From assembly GCA_965645245.1 (NCBI GenBank), contig OZ287078.1:372001-436000 (forward strand): a stretch of 64,000 nt of DNA, given 5' to 3'. Under the pieces are notes generated by a model that saw only the letters and a list, made by a program, of their open reading frames with translations, was not told where the DNA came from and did no database searches. The stretch is from Massalongia carnosa (lineage: Eukaryota). Position 1 is the first letter of the stretch; every line of letters starts with the position of its first letter. The position numbers were made by a program, and so were the translations under genes. Below are positions 38,101-50,800 of this stretch, one piece after another.

Positions 38101-41100
38101 TTAAATATTCGATCTTATGGGCTGCGGCAATGCTGGCAGCGTCTTTACTTTCCATGGCAAGGCCATGTTTTCTGACAGCTCTCCTAGAACTCGTCTAATC
38201 CTCGAAGGCGGTGAGGGGACCCCTTGCCATGGTACATGAGCCCATGATGAAGATGGGAGTCTCCCCCCCGATGGTGCGGGCCGCCATCCAGTGACATGTG
38301 GCGTTGGCGTCGGGGTTTCAAACGTGGGTGTGGGATTTTCTGGTGGTATTATCAGATTCTCTGGAGCTAGCGTTGAGCTTTCCAGCGTCAGCGCTGAGCT
38401 TTCTTGTATTGCAGCGGGGTTTTCCGACGCTAATATTGAATTTCCTGGCGTTGGCGTAGTACTCACAAGCGCCTGATCTATGATATCTAGCGGCTCGGTT
38501 GGTAAACGAGTTCCATCTATCGATGACACCTGCGCTGGGGTAGGGCCTAACAGCCCGTGTGTAGTGTCCGGAACTAACTCCGGAACTAACTTCGGGGACG
38601 GGGCCTTCGCTGGTATTGTGAATGGCGTTAATTGTGGTTCTTCTGCCGTCGGTACTGGCATCGAAGCTTCGGGGTTAATATCTGGAATTATTTCTGAAGA
38701 TGTCTCGTCTGGTGTTGCAAATGGTGTCAATGTTGGTTCCTCTACTGCCGGTGATGATATTGAAGCTACAATCGTAGAATCCGGAAAGAGTTCCGAGGGT
38801 GTGGTCTCTTCTGGTAATTTAAATGGCGTTAAGTTTTGTTCTTCTGCCGCCGGCGTTGACATCGAAGTTTCGGGGGTAAAATCTGGAACGAATTCCGGGG
38901 GTGGAGTCTCCACTGGGGTTACTTTTCTTGTCCCAGCTGATTTTTTTGCTGCTGACGCGGGCTTTGGAATTCCAATGGCAAGGTCCGGAATGAGCGCTGG
39001 GGGCGGGGTTTCTTTTGGCGTTGCGTACATCGTTGTTAGTACTTCTGCCGCCGGCGCTGAAGTTGAAATACCGATAGTAGAATCTGGCGTAAACCCATTC
39101 ACAGGATTTGGCGACGGTGGCTCTTGACTGGAAGCAGGTTTTTGATCTATCAATGAAGTTTTATCCGAAGCCGGTTTATTACCAAGGGTTGGCTCCAGAC
39201 CTGAAGCTGGTTCTAGACCGGGAAGTGATTCTAGATCTGGCTCTATATCTGAAGCTGGCTTTTCACTCGGAGCAGGTTTTTTGCTCGGAACAGGTTTCTG
39301 ATCTGGAGCCGGTTCTAGACCTGGAGCCGGCTCTAAATCTGGCTCTATATCTGAAGCTGGCTTTTCACTCGGAGCAGGTTTTTTGCTCGGAACAGGTTTC
39401 TGATCTGGAGCCGGTTCTAGACCTGGAGCCGGCTCTAAATCTGGCTCTATATCTGAAGCTGGCTTTTCACTCGGAGCAGGTTTTTTGCTCGGAACAGGTT
39501 TCTGATCTGGAGCCGGTTCTAGACCTGGAGCCGGCTCTAAATCTGGCTCTATATCTGAAGCTGGCTTTTCACTCGGAGCAGGTTTTTTGCTCGGAACAGG
39601 TTTCTGATCTGGAGCCGGTTCTAGACCTGGAGCCGGCTCTAGATCTGAAGCTGGGTTTTGACTTGGAGTTGGTTCTTGACTTGGAGTTGGTTCTTGACTT
39701 GAAGTTGGTTCTTGACTTGGAGCTTCTTGGCTTGGAACCGTTTGATCGCCCTCGGATATTGGCACACACATCGTTAAAAGGGGCTTATCGGCGCTCTGGT
39801 TGAGGTCAGACTTTCATAGCTGGGCAGAAGAGATGCTCGGAGACTTGCCCACAGTTTCTGTTGCCACACTGGCTTAGGCTTCTCTTCCCCGAGTTTTTTA
39901 TCGATCATCAGGTCAATCTCAAGGTCAGCCTTGCCGTCAAGCATGGCACCAAGCTTGGAAGCTCCTACATCCTTGGAGCACGCTCCTTTAGGCGCTGTAA
40001 CAAATATGATAAGTTTACGACCGTGGTGATATTCCCTGTGGAAGACGTACCATATTTTCTGGTGATCTTTGCCTGCAGCTCCGGCAAGTTTATGACAAGA
40101 GCAATATCCAGGTCAGCAACGTTGACGATGGAAACGCCAAAGGTAAGCTTGGGCTTGGCAGCGAGGGAGAACTCGATAGGTTGCGAAAGAGACTCTAACT
40201 CGAATACTGGATCCACGACAAATCCCTCAAAGCCCACGGCTGAACTCTGCTCGTAATGCGCTCCGTCCACGGAGAGCTTGGCGGTGCCAGGAAGGCTCGC
40301 TGTCATCCCGGCTTTGAATTTGCATATTCCTTTAAACTTGGTCGTCCAACCAACTGCATACTTAAAAGTTGCACCAATTTCAAAGATGTCTGCAATTGCA
40401 ACTCCAATTCCAGGGATACCTTCGCTAAAAAGCGTCTTCTCGTAGCTTAACTCATCAATCTTTTCCTGGCGCTCCAACGAAACTTCGAATACCAGATGTG
40501 CAGTAATTTCTTGCGGCGAGACATCAAATTCAAGGGCCTTTAATCCAAAGTTCTCGACCTACCAGGACAGCAAATATTAGACACCCCCCCAATCAATCGG
40601 TCCCGAATGCTTACCTGAAGGTAGCCACTCATTTGAAAGCTCCCAGTCATATAACAATCAACACAATCAAGCCTATCACCCTTTCTGTAATTCAAGGGTC
40701 AGTAAGTGGTTCGACATTTTGGATCACTTAAGGGAAATGTACGATTTTCCGCCAGCTAGAATATTAAACTCTTTGCCTGCTATCCCTGCGCTTAGTTGGA
40801 AGTTGGTATCTTGCTTTCTGTCAAGATTCCCATCAAGCGAGAACGCCTGCAAGTTGGGTGCCGGCGCAGGCTCCGAAGGCGGTACGATCATTCGCCGTCC
40901 AAAAGATTTCTTCCTAGGCATCAACTGCCCGAAAGTCATCTCATAATGACTCGCAACGTGTGACCAGTGCGCTGGTTGAGCCGTGAGGGACAGAGTAAGT
41001 GTAACTGGATTTTCGCGGATCTTAGTGATACTATCACCAATCAGCAGGAGGAATCAAGGGACGGCAGTGCCATATTACAGATATGGCTGCCTTTGATCTG

Positions 41101-41554
41101 CAGAGCTGCAGTCCTCATGATTTGCTATTAACAGAAATTTCGCATCCTCGTCATCATTAATAAAGCTCCAGCCTGCTAATGCGCGGTGATAAACATCCCA
41201 CGAGATGAATTTCAAAGACACAAATCCGTCCTCTCCATGACAATCAACGAATTGGGTAAGATGATCAAATCTCTCAAGCAACACAATGCTCGTCCCGTTT
41301 GAAGCAAGAAGTTTCATGTTGGCTAGAAGCAGTTTCCCATCGTCTCTATGCCGTCCATATATAAGCTGCGCCTCAGTCTTCGGTTCCAGATCGAAGATCA
41401 TTTCTTCTTCGCGGCGGTGAAGTCCAACGGCCGCTTCATAATCGCGAATGTGGATGGGTCGATATAGAGACCCCTTATTCGCTTCTGGGAAGCTGCAGAC
41501 CGGCAGAGCAAATGCCACGAGGACTAGTAGAAAACTCGGTAAAAGAACATGCAT
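38101..41554 (-). CDS. Multi-exon secreted protein (resembles the fungal DUF7029/DUF7223-type family) with a long Pro/Glu/Ser/Thr repeat tail
   Basis: Signal-peptide-like MHVLLPSFLLVLVAFALPVCS, then LLIANHEDC...QRQPY, DCVDCYMTGSF and GIPGIGVAIADIFEIG. Five introns (41031-41078, ~40686-40743, ~40558-40614, ~39995-40050, and GC-AG 39796-39848). The family name is from recall, not a search. Confidence 0.8.
39236..39730 (-). repeat. Coding tandem repeats: four 102-bp units (34 aa) followed on the + strand by ~4 x 18-bp units (SQEPTP-like)
   Basis: Unit starts tctggctctatatctgaagc at 39236, 39338, 39440 and 39542. ggttcttgacttggagtt-like units lie at 39654-39730. Confidence 0.93.
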
Positions 41555-44225
41555 GGCTACTTCTGCACAGGAGTTGATGGTAATAAGAAAGGCTGTCCAT
41601 GATCCGAGCACGCCAGCGATTATATACCATTTCAAAGGAATTCTCTTTTCAAATCTCCTTTACTACGGCTGATCTGCATTCCACGAGACTCCCCATGACC
41701 ACTGCTCGTTGATGCAGGTATACTCCGAGAGTGGAGAATTTCTGAGCTCGTCCATGACCAAAGGCGTTTACACGTGGGACACACGCATAAGGATTTTGCT
41801 CCATGAGAAACGGTATGTAGCGAGGACGACAGAGCCAAGACGGAGAGCAAACGATGTGGGGCGCAAAGAGGATTGATGATGCAAGTGTTTCAGGATGACA
41901 TTCATGCTTTTCAAACGGGGACCTTCTTTCAATGCACAGTTTTATTTTGATTTTTGATACTGTGTAGAGGTTGCCCGGTTGAGATTCTCTTTCCACTTTT
42001 AGCCTAGTGGTTCGGTTGTGGAAGCTTACCTCATTTCGGTGGTGTTTCCAAATGCACGATGACACCATCTTGACTACGCCAAAGCCGAACCAGATTCTTC
42101 CAATCACAGCCTTCCATCATGCCTTGTGCCTGATCCACTAGACAACAGTCTCATGCCCGAAGCTTCGGATCCTGATAACTCTAGCAGTCATCACAGTCGT
42201 TGCTCTGAATTTCGGAGACGTGTGGAAAGGCCTGACAAGGCATTCTCCGATTGAAAAACGATAAGCTGAATGGAGTTTTTTACCTAAACATCCAAACCAC
42301 CGGAGTGAAAGACCTTCTTCTGGCCAAAGCGTCCTCTGTAAGACTCGTTTCGTGGTGTATTGCTCTATTCCAACGAACTCGCCCGGGCCGTCGATTCGAC
42401 CTACGCGTGGCATTTCCCATGAAAAGATTGACGTAAAAGAGTCAAAGTAACGAAGCTCCACCACTCGATCCTGACACGAGGGAACGGTATTTGTATCACA
42501 TTCTCTGGTGGAGTGGCAACAGGAAACAAGACAGGCGGTGAAGCGAGATCTTTTAGATAATGACTACTGCCTGCAGTAAACTAATAATAGGCATGCAAAT
42601 CCTCCTAGGAAGCTTGAATGTTCCGACTTGCTGCCACATGCCTGGCTAATTGGGCGTTAGCATCAAGCCACTTCGAGCAGCTCGGTGATATCTTCATGCT
42701 CGTGTGAATTTCGCCTCCGCGATACATGACAGTTCAATGCATGATTCCAAAATACAGACTCGTACATCAGCCTCCTTCCTTCAAAAGCTCTCACTGCCAT
42801 ACTTTCAGAGCACATCCTATATGATGAGTGATGTTGATGTTTAATGGTGTGAGGGCCTTGAGGAGGATTCTGCACTCCGACGAGTCGATGACCCTCCTGA
42901 TTGCGATGCAGCCGTTAAGCTTTTCTGCCATAAGCTCGTCCACTCTTCTGTTCTATTCGTAGGCAGATCTAGAGATTCTGATAAATATATACTAAGAATG
43001 TCAGATTTCTGCTCGATTATGCATCTCTAATAAGATGCCGGGCTAGGCATATGAAGCCAAATGGATCAAATCTCCCCAGTGACTTACCTACCTAGTCTGG
43101 ATATCGACTTTCTTCATAGCACATTGAATATGCAAACATCAGTCTGATTGAAATCATGCCGAATCTCTAAACGAGCGCATCCAAAGCACCATTATCTAAA
43201 CATATCAAGCTGACCTCTTTTGACGTGTTATGCGGAACTTGGGGAGGTATGTATTCGCATACAAATTATGCCTAGGATGTAACAAACCATAAGTAATCCT
43301 TCCCGTAAGCGTTCGCAATGACAACCTGAAAGATATATCTTCCGTTTTTCTCCCTCCAGAAAACGCACTGTGGGATGTTTTGCCTAGTGATCATTGAAGA
43401 AGACTGCAGAGAGTAAGGCAATCGGGCCGGGCATTATAGAGAATCCGTCACAGTGAGAGTATCGTGCACACACAGCCTCAGCACTTGTAAATCTGATCCA
43501 TTTCAGCCGTACCTCACCGCGAGTCCTTTGCAGCATCGAATAGTTATAGCGGAGATGGTGTGCCATAGCGTTGGCACGCGTGAAACCATCAGCAATATGG
43601 AAAAGCCACGATACTCCCATATCAAGCCAAGTTTCGGGTCGGTCGATGTGTTATACACAACATGCTTCCATAGCTTTTAGCTTTAGCGTTCTCCTTTGTA
43701 CTGCATTACTAGGCGGAGGCAACTACTCATGTTGCCCAGAAGTGCTTGGATGTTCTGTACACTAACCCAAAGGAAAAAACCAAGCACTTCTGGGCAAAAC
43801 GAGAACATACGGTGATGAGAGATTAGCGACTCCCAGAAATAAAAACAAGATGACTAATAATAACAACAACAACAACAACCCACATCTCTGTCTCAGAGTT
43901 AGCCCCAGGAAAGATAATTTCCTCACCGGACGCAGGGGCTTCAACATCCTCCCATGGTAGGCTGCCAAAGGTTCGCGGGAACATTCTGCATGAAAGACGA
44001 ACGAAGATCCTCTCAAGATTGACTCAAAGACCGACTGACACATAATAGAGTATATGAAAAGATTCCTCAAGTTTAACTATCCCTCTCTAAAAAGTACCAT
44101 AATTCCTAACTTAAACAGTAACGACCACTTCCAAAAACCGTTTCCACCCCCTCTCATTTTTCAAAGAACCCCGAGCCTAACTTACTCATAGAGAGAGATT
44201 CGGGATTAGTTAGTCGGGCAGCATA

Positions 44226-45890
44226 CAGAGGTTGACACCGAAAGTCCTGATAATACGCTAATGCGGGCAAAAAACGCCACGTAGATTTAGCGTTAAAAAT
44301 GCTATAGGGAGATCATTCAAAGTGGTAACAACAAGGTCGAAACTTCAGCTTTTGATGTTTGTTTTATTATCAAATTTTCTATAATATATTTTATATTATA
44401 ATGGGTGATTCACGAACAGTAATCATACAATAGCTGCAAGATTACAGGCTCTTTCTTTGGTTGAACATGGAGTTGGAATAGATGCAGCTGCTACAGCCTC
44501 CGGTATGACTTCTATAACCGTCAGACGTCTGAGAAAAAAAGCTAGAGAACGAGGTTTTGATCCGGAGGTTTCTTCTGTTATGAAAGAAGAATATGTCAAA
44601 GATGCACCTCGTTCAGGTCATCCACCGAAGGTGACTTCGGAGGTTGAATCTGACATTTTGACAACAGTTCGAAAGACGCAAATGGTCGAGAAAAACCAGC
44701 CGCAGTGCTTGCATATGAGCACAATGTCTCCGCAACAACTATTCTTCGAGTTCTAAAACGCAATCGTTTGCGATGGCGTAAAACAACTAAAAAACCCGGT
44801 CTCACTCCTGCAATGATGGAGGCTCGATATCAGTTCGCCTTGCGACATGAACACTGGACGATCGAAGACTGGAAGAAGGCCATTTGGACCGACGAAACAA
44901 GCGTTTTTTTGGGCACTCGTCGAGCATGCATACGAGTATGGCGCGATTCAACCGAATCGTACAATAAAACTTGCGTTCGTCGACGATGGAAAGAATATTC
45001 GGAGTTCATGTTTTGGGGTTCTTTTAGTTATGATAAGAAAGGTCCTATGCACATTTGAAAAGACGAGACCGCTGTTGAAAAGAAGGATGCAATTGAGCAT
45101 TTAAAACGACTCAACGACATTTCAGAACCTGCAGCGAAAGAAGAATGGGAATTAACCAACGGAATAAGACGAATGGGACTACGAAATCCTGGAGGTCGAA
45201 AGCCCACTTGGACATGGAACAAAGCTCACGGTAAAATAGAGCGAGATGGGAAAGGAAAAATTGACTGGTATCGCTATCAACTTCATATATTAATTCCCAA
45301 ATTGATTCCCTTCGCTCTTCACTGCATGATAAATCGTCCGGACACTTTGATACAGGAAGACAAGGCTCCCAGTCATGCTTGTAAGCATCAGGATCAGATA
45401 TTTATGAATGCAGGAGTTATGCGCTTGATTTGGCCCGGAAATTCTCCTGATCTCAATATGATCGAGACTTGTTGGGCCTGGATGAAGCGACAAACCACCC
45501 GAAGAGGCTGTCCGACGAACAGAATCATCATGGAAAAGGTTTGGACTCGGTACTGGAAAAGACATTGACTCAGAAACGTATTCAGCACTGGATTGAGCGC
45601 ATACCTCGTCATATGCAGCAGGTTATAGCTTTAGAGGGTGGGAATCAGTATCGCGAAGGTTCCACCGAAGCAGAAAGCGGAGTTCGTCTTTATATCAGTG
45701 AAGAACGAAAAGAACGAAAAGAACGATATGATCGAGGTCGACGAGGCCTTCGAGCTGGTGATAATAGTAATAATACTAGCGATGACGAGGTGGATGACTA
45801 GAAATTCCAGAATTCGGCACTATAACCTGCCAAGACACTAGTATTAGCTTTACATTAGCGTATTATCAGGACTTTCGGTGTCACGGAGTA
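44226..45890 (+). mobile_element. Tc1/mariner-superfamily DNA transposon (DD34E), defective; element A
   Basis: 31-bp perfect inverted repeats TGACACCGAAAGTCCTGATAATACGCTAATG at 44233-44263 and 45853-45883, with TA 7 nt outside each. Transposase ~44401-45801 has WTDE, QEDKA and NSPDLNMIE (34-residue spacing), several frameshifts and a TGA at 45056. Confidence 0.92.
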
Positions 45891-45896
45891 TACCTA

Positions 45897-46166
45897 GGTA
45901 AATGGCCGGCTAGCATCTCCTGATTGAGGGTTCTGTAGATTCCCGTTAAACAGCCGGATTATGTGGGACGCTGGTGGGCGGCTGGGTCAACGGCTGGGCG
46001 GCTGGCTTTTCCTAACCGGGGCTTCTGTAGATTTCTGTTAAACAGCCGGATCATGAGGAGCAAATACTGCACTTCTAGGCGACACGAGTAGGCAAATGGT
46101 TGGCCGGCTAGCATCTCCTAATCAAGAGTTCTTAGATCCCCGTTAAACAGCCGGATCATAAGAGCA
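45897..46166. repeat. Three imperfect copies of a ~35-70 bp unit with core (TTCTG)TAGATTCCCGTTAAACAGCCGGATCAT
   Basis: Copies at ~45897-45965, ~46020-46060 and ~46091-46166. Confidence 0.75.
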
Positions 46167-47814
46167 CCATTTTATTTATACCTACCTACCTAGCCACCTA
46201 CCTAGATCATTTCCTAACCCTCTTACCACCACTATTGTAACCAGCGAGGCACATTCCTGAAAGTCCTTGCTAACGCTAAATATGCAGCTAAAAAAGCCAC
46301 TTTACATGGGTATATTTGCATGCATAGATATTTATTAAATATCAATCCATCGAATAATCGCATGAAGCTATTTAGAATTACCACCTCCATCATCTTTATC
46401 ACTCACATTCATCGCTGTCAGTGCTTCCTCGTTTGAGATGAGCGCGATGATATCGAACACGGCGATCTTCTGTATTATACGGTCGTACGACTCCGATCTC
46501 TCTACCTTCTCTATACTCGTTACCTCCGTCCAACAATATCACCTCGTCAACCAGTCGCTTTATACGTTCAATCCAGGACAGAATTCTTTTCTGCCTCAAA
46601 TTCTCCGTCCAGCACTTTGTCCAGGCCTTTTCAGCCTCAATACGAGTCCGCGGAGCACCTAATCGAGTGGTTCTTCGCTTCATCCAGAACCAACAAGGCT
46701 CGATCATGTTCAGATCAGGAGAGTTTCCAGGCCATAACAGACGCATGACGTTGAAATCCATAAAGATCAGATTTTGATGTTTGGATGCGTGACTGGGGGC
46801 CTTGTCTTCCTGTACGATAGTGTTTGGTCGATCTATCATACATTCTTTTGCAAACGGAAGAAGCTTAGGAATTAAGACGAGTTTTTGATAACGATACCAG
46901 TCCACACCTCCCTTGCCATCTCGAACGACTTTACCGTGTGTTTTATCCCATTTCCAGATAGGTTTTCGACCTCCTGGATTACGTAGCTTCATTCGTCTCA
47001 TGCTGGTTTCTAACTCCCAATTCTCTTTAGCTTCTGATTCTAAAGTCTCATTGAGTTTATCTAACTCAATTTGAGCCTCTCTTTTCTCTTTGCAGTCTCT
47101 GTTTTCCAGATATGAAAAGGTCCTTTCTTATCGTACGAAAAACAGCCCCAAAACAAAAACTCGGAGCATCCTTTCCATCTACGTCGAATACACGTTTTAG
47201 CATACAATTCTTTCGAGGTACGCCACTGAAGTCTTCTTCCACGTCTAGAACCCAATATAATGCTTGTTTCGTCAGTCCATATAACGTTCTTCCAATCATC
47301 AATAGTCCAGTGCTGATATCGCAAACAAAATTGCAGACGAGCCTCTTTCATGATCGAATCTAGACCTGGCTTTTTCGTGCTTTTACAGGGGCGAAACCCA
47401 TTCTGTTTAAGCGTACGAAGTATAGTAGTGGAGGAGAGTTTATGATCAAAGCCAATCATAGCTGATGATTTTTCTCTACTATTTCGATCTTGCACTACAT
47501 TATTCAATATAGCTTGCTCTACATCCGGTGTAACCTTTTTAGGTCGTCCTGAACGAGGTGCATCTTCTATATATTCTACTTTAAAAACACGAGATACAGC
47601 TGGATCATATCCACGCTGTCGTGCTTTGATTTTGAGAGCTGAAATCGATCTTGTGGAGACTCAAGTCACTGCTTGCACGATTTTCGCCGCAATTCCATGT
47701 TCTACAAGCGCTAAAGCCTGTATTCTTTGTGCAACCGTGAGACTATTGCTCTGTGCATTGGGCATGATAATGATGATGATTAAAACCTTCTACTGAATAT
47801 CAGATGTAGTAGTA

Positions 47815-50800
47815 ACGTAACCCACCACTACTTTAAACACCAGAATATCTAAATACCCTCATCGTCATCATCAATGACAGCGACAATAATGATGAATTAT
47901 ATAAATCTGACTAGCCTCGTCGCTCGAAAACAGTCTGATCATCACCCGAGAGTAATTACATCCCCCAACCCCCTTCCATTACCATCCGAAAAATCTCGTC
48001 GTCGAACTTCAACTCTCAAGATTTATGTCTTCATAAATTAGGACTTCCCTCCCTCACCACCGGCCTGATAAAATAAGGCGCGTTCAAACTCGACCCGTAA
48101 AGACTCGGAGATGCTTTCAAAGAACGAGCTTGCGGGGTAGGCGAATTTTATACAAAATTCAATTGTGTTTGTGTGGAATTTCAGTTAAACTTCGTCTGAC
48201 TTTGAGAGGTAAATGGAGCATTTGTAGGCAAATTATCTCGTCTTCTTTTCGATGGTCCTTGATTTGACATCTTCAACCTCTTTTCCTTCTCCTTCTGCAT
48301 GGCCTTTGTCATTCGTTCACGCTTACGTTCAGTCTTCAGTTCATCCTCTTTCTTTTTCTCCTCAGCCTGAGCGGCCAATTGTTTGATTCTTTCATCTTTC
48401 TTTCTTTCAGCCTCCTTCTTCTTTTCAGCAGCGTTCATCTTTCTAGTCTCAACGGCCTCCTTTCTCAGACGAGTGATCTCTGCTTTCTCCTTCTCTTTTA
48501 TGCGATATGCCTCGGCCTGAGCCTCGGTGAGAACACATCCGAAAGCGCTATCATAAGTAGCCCTTTTCCCTGCCACTTTTCTCTTTTTCTTTCTCTTCTT
48601 CTTGGCTAGATTCGCTTTGAATAATGACTGAGTAGAGTCTTGAAGAAGTGTTCGATCTGCGAAGGCGATAGCAGTTGCTCTTTTGAGACGCCGAAGCCGG
48701 TCTTGATATGATTTGGGTATGAAAATTTCCAATGAATTCAACATAGCAGAGTAAATCGCACTTGTTAGAAGGAATTCTATCGAAAGAATTGTTCGAAAAT
48801 GAACTGTTGATGAAGGTGGAGGTGGAGGTGGAGGTCAAGGGAAATACGATTGAACTCGAAGGGGCCGAAGGAACCGATTGAAGAAATTGAGGTAATTTCT
48901 CAATTACTCGCTGCGGGTCAAAAGAATAAATACCTGAACTTGATAGCAAAACATTAAGGAAAGAATGTGACTTTTATTCACCAGTTGCAACCCAAGCTGA
49001 CATGATTACATCGAAAGTCATGACCGTTTCCCTTGCCCTCTTTAGAAACTTTAGATAATTCAATTTATTCACGTACACCTCTCCGAATTTATTTCGCTCC
49101 TTTGGCTGTTTTTTTATGCTTTGTCCAGAGGTCCGAAACATTCTACGTTCAAAGGCTGAAGAAAATGAGTAGTATGAGGTGGAAGACAGAGCGGAATTAT
49201 ATACACTGACCAGCAGTACTCGATAAAATCAACAGAGACATGAGACGCATGCCCGTCAATCAGAAGAAGTCATTGGCCTTTCAAATGAACTGTCTGAGGA
49301 CTGAAACACTCTCTCACCCAGGTCAGTCCATGACTGTTGTCAGTCCAGCCATTCTTGCTAACGGCAAAGATTGCCTCGAGAAATTCCTCCTTTCAGGGTT
49401 TTACTATTCGTATACCTTCGAAGATAATCATGAGCTTGAACACGCATCCTCGAGTAGAAACGAACGCTATGCAGGTGCTCTATTTCCTGTCTTCAGAATG
49501 AACGGAAAAGGCGTTTTTGTCGCATCGTCGCACGATGACCTTTCTACAAAATAATAGCGTAAACATCAAACTTTAAACGATGAGGCTTAAAACTTTAAAT
49601 CAAGATTAAATTTTCAACCAATCGATGATCCGAAATGTAGCCCCGCTCAAGCTTATTAGTTACTCGTAAAACATCGAGTCTCAGATATTTTCTAACCGAA
49701 AGTGACTTAGCTGAAAATATGATCACTTACCGAATATTTCCCGCAACTCCCATCAGATGTCCCTTTTCATCCATGTTATAAACATCACCTGTCGCAATGC
49801 CATACTTGTCCATTGTTCTTCGAACAATCGAAAACCAATCCTCGAACACTTTGCGATCAGTGTTCCAACGTCGTTCCTGATCCAAGTGACGAGGAAATCG
49901 AGAACGATAGTCCGAATATCGATCAAGAAAGCGCTTCGTCCAATTAATTCCCAAAGATGCAGAAGATTTAACGCGAAGTCTCAACAACTTCATGACCTTT
50001 TCACGAATCATATCAAAGCGAGCGGGAAACCCCAAAGCAGTGCTCGAATCAATGTAATTAAGAATGGATTGCTCCTCGCTGTCATCCAAAAGGCGACGAG
50101 TCAGACCATACTCCGCGGCATTTCGACTTCCTTTTATTCGACGGGCCACAGTTCCCCTGTTGACCCCGTAAATAAGAGCGACTTCGTTCGCTGTTTTTCT
50201 TTTGCTCTTTGCAGCTATGACAGCTAAACCTACACGATCTCCTCTGGAAAGCGGCGCAATCACCCGCCTGGCCAAAGGCGATGACATGGGCGAGGAAGAC
50301 AGGGAAGAACATACCGAGTTCATGCGAGGTGGAGAGGGCGATGATGCATAAAAAGCCTCCAACTATTCTTTCACTTCTCCGCGAATTTCTTTGCGCACAT
50401 GGTCCATGGTCATGTCCGGTACGCGTGCGAGACCTGTCCAATAGCCCTCCCGTTCTAAGACCTGACAATATGCCAGTTGACGCAGTAGATCAAGCTTCTT
50501 GTCGAGATCATTATCCTTCAAAGCGGCCTCGAGCTTCGTATTCACTTATCGATGCACTCGCTCTCTCCACTCCTTTCCAGATATGCCATCTACAAAAGGT
50601 TCTTCGACAAGCTCTTCGAATTGTCGTCGGATGGCGACGGCCTGAAACACCGGATTGATTGAACGTTGCGGGAGGGGAGGGGAAGAATAAAACAATGGAT
50701 GATGACTGGTCTCGGGAGTCTCGGAGACCTCGACAAGATCAGAGCATGGAACCTGTACGTTCTTCTGATTGGAAGAGCTGGAAGGGCGCGCGCCGGATGG

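Noticed and set aside
39236..39643. Regular 102-bp repeats as a CRISPR-like array
   Set aside because: Contiguous units with no unique spacers, in frame within a eukaryotic CDS.
41700..44200. Scattered short ORFs in intergenic DNA (also 56900-59500 and 63100-64000)
   Set aside because: No recognisable protein motifs, RNA structures or repeat boundaries.
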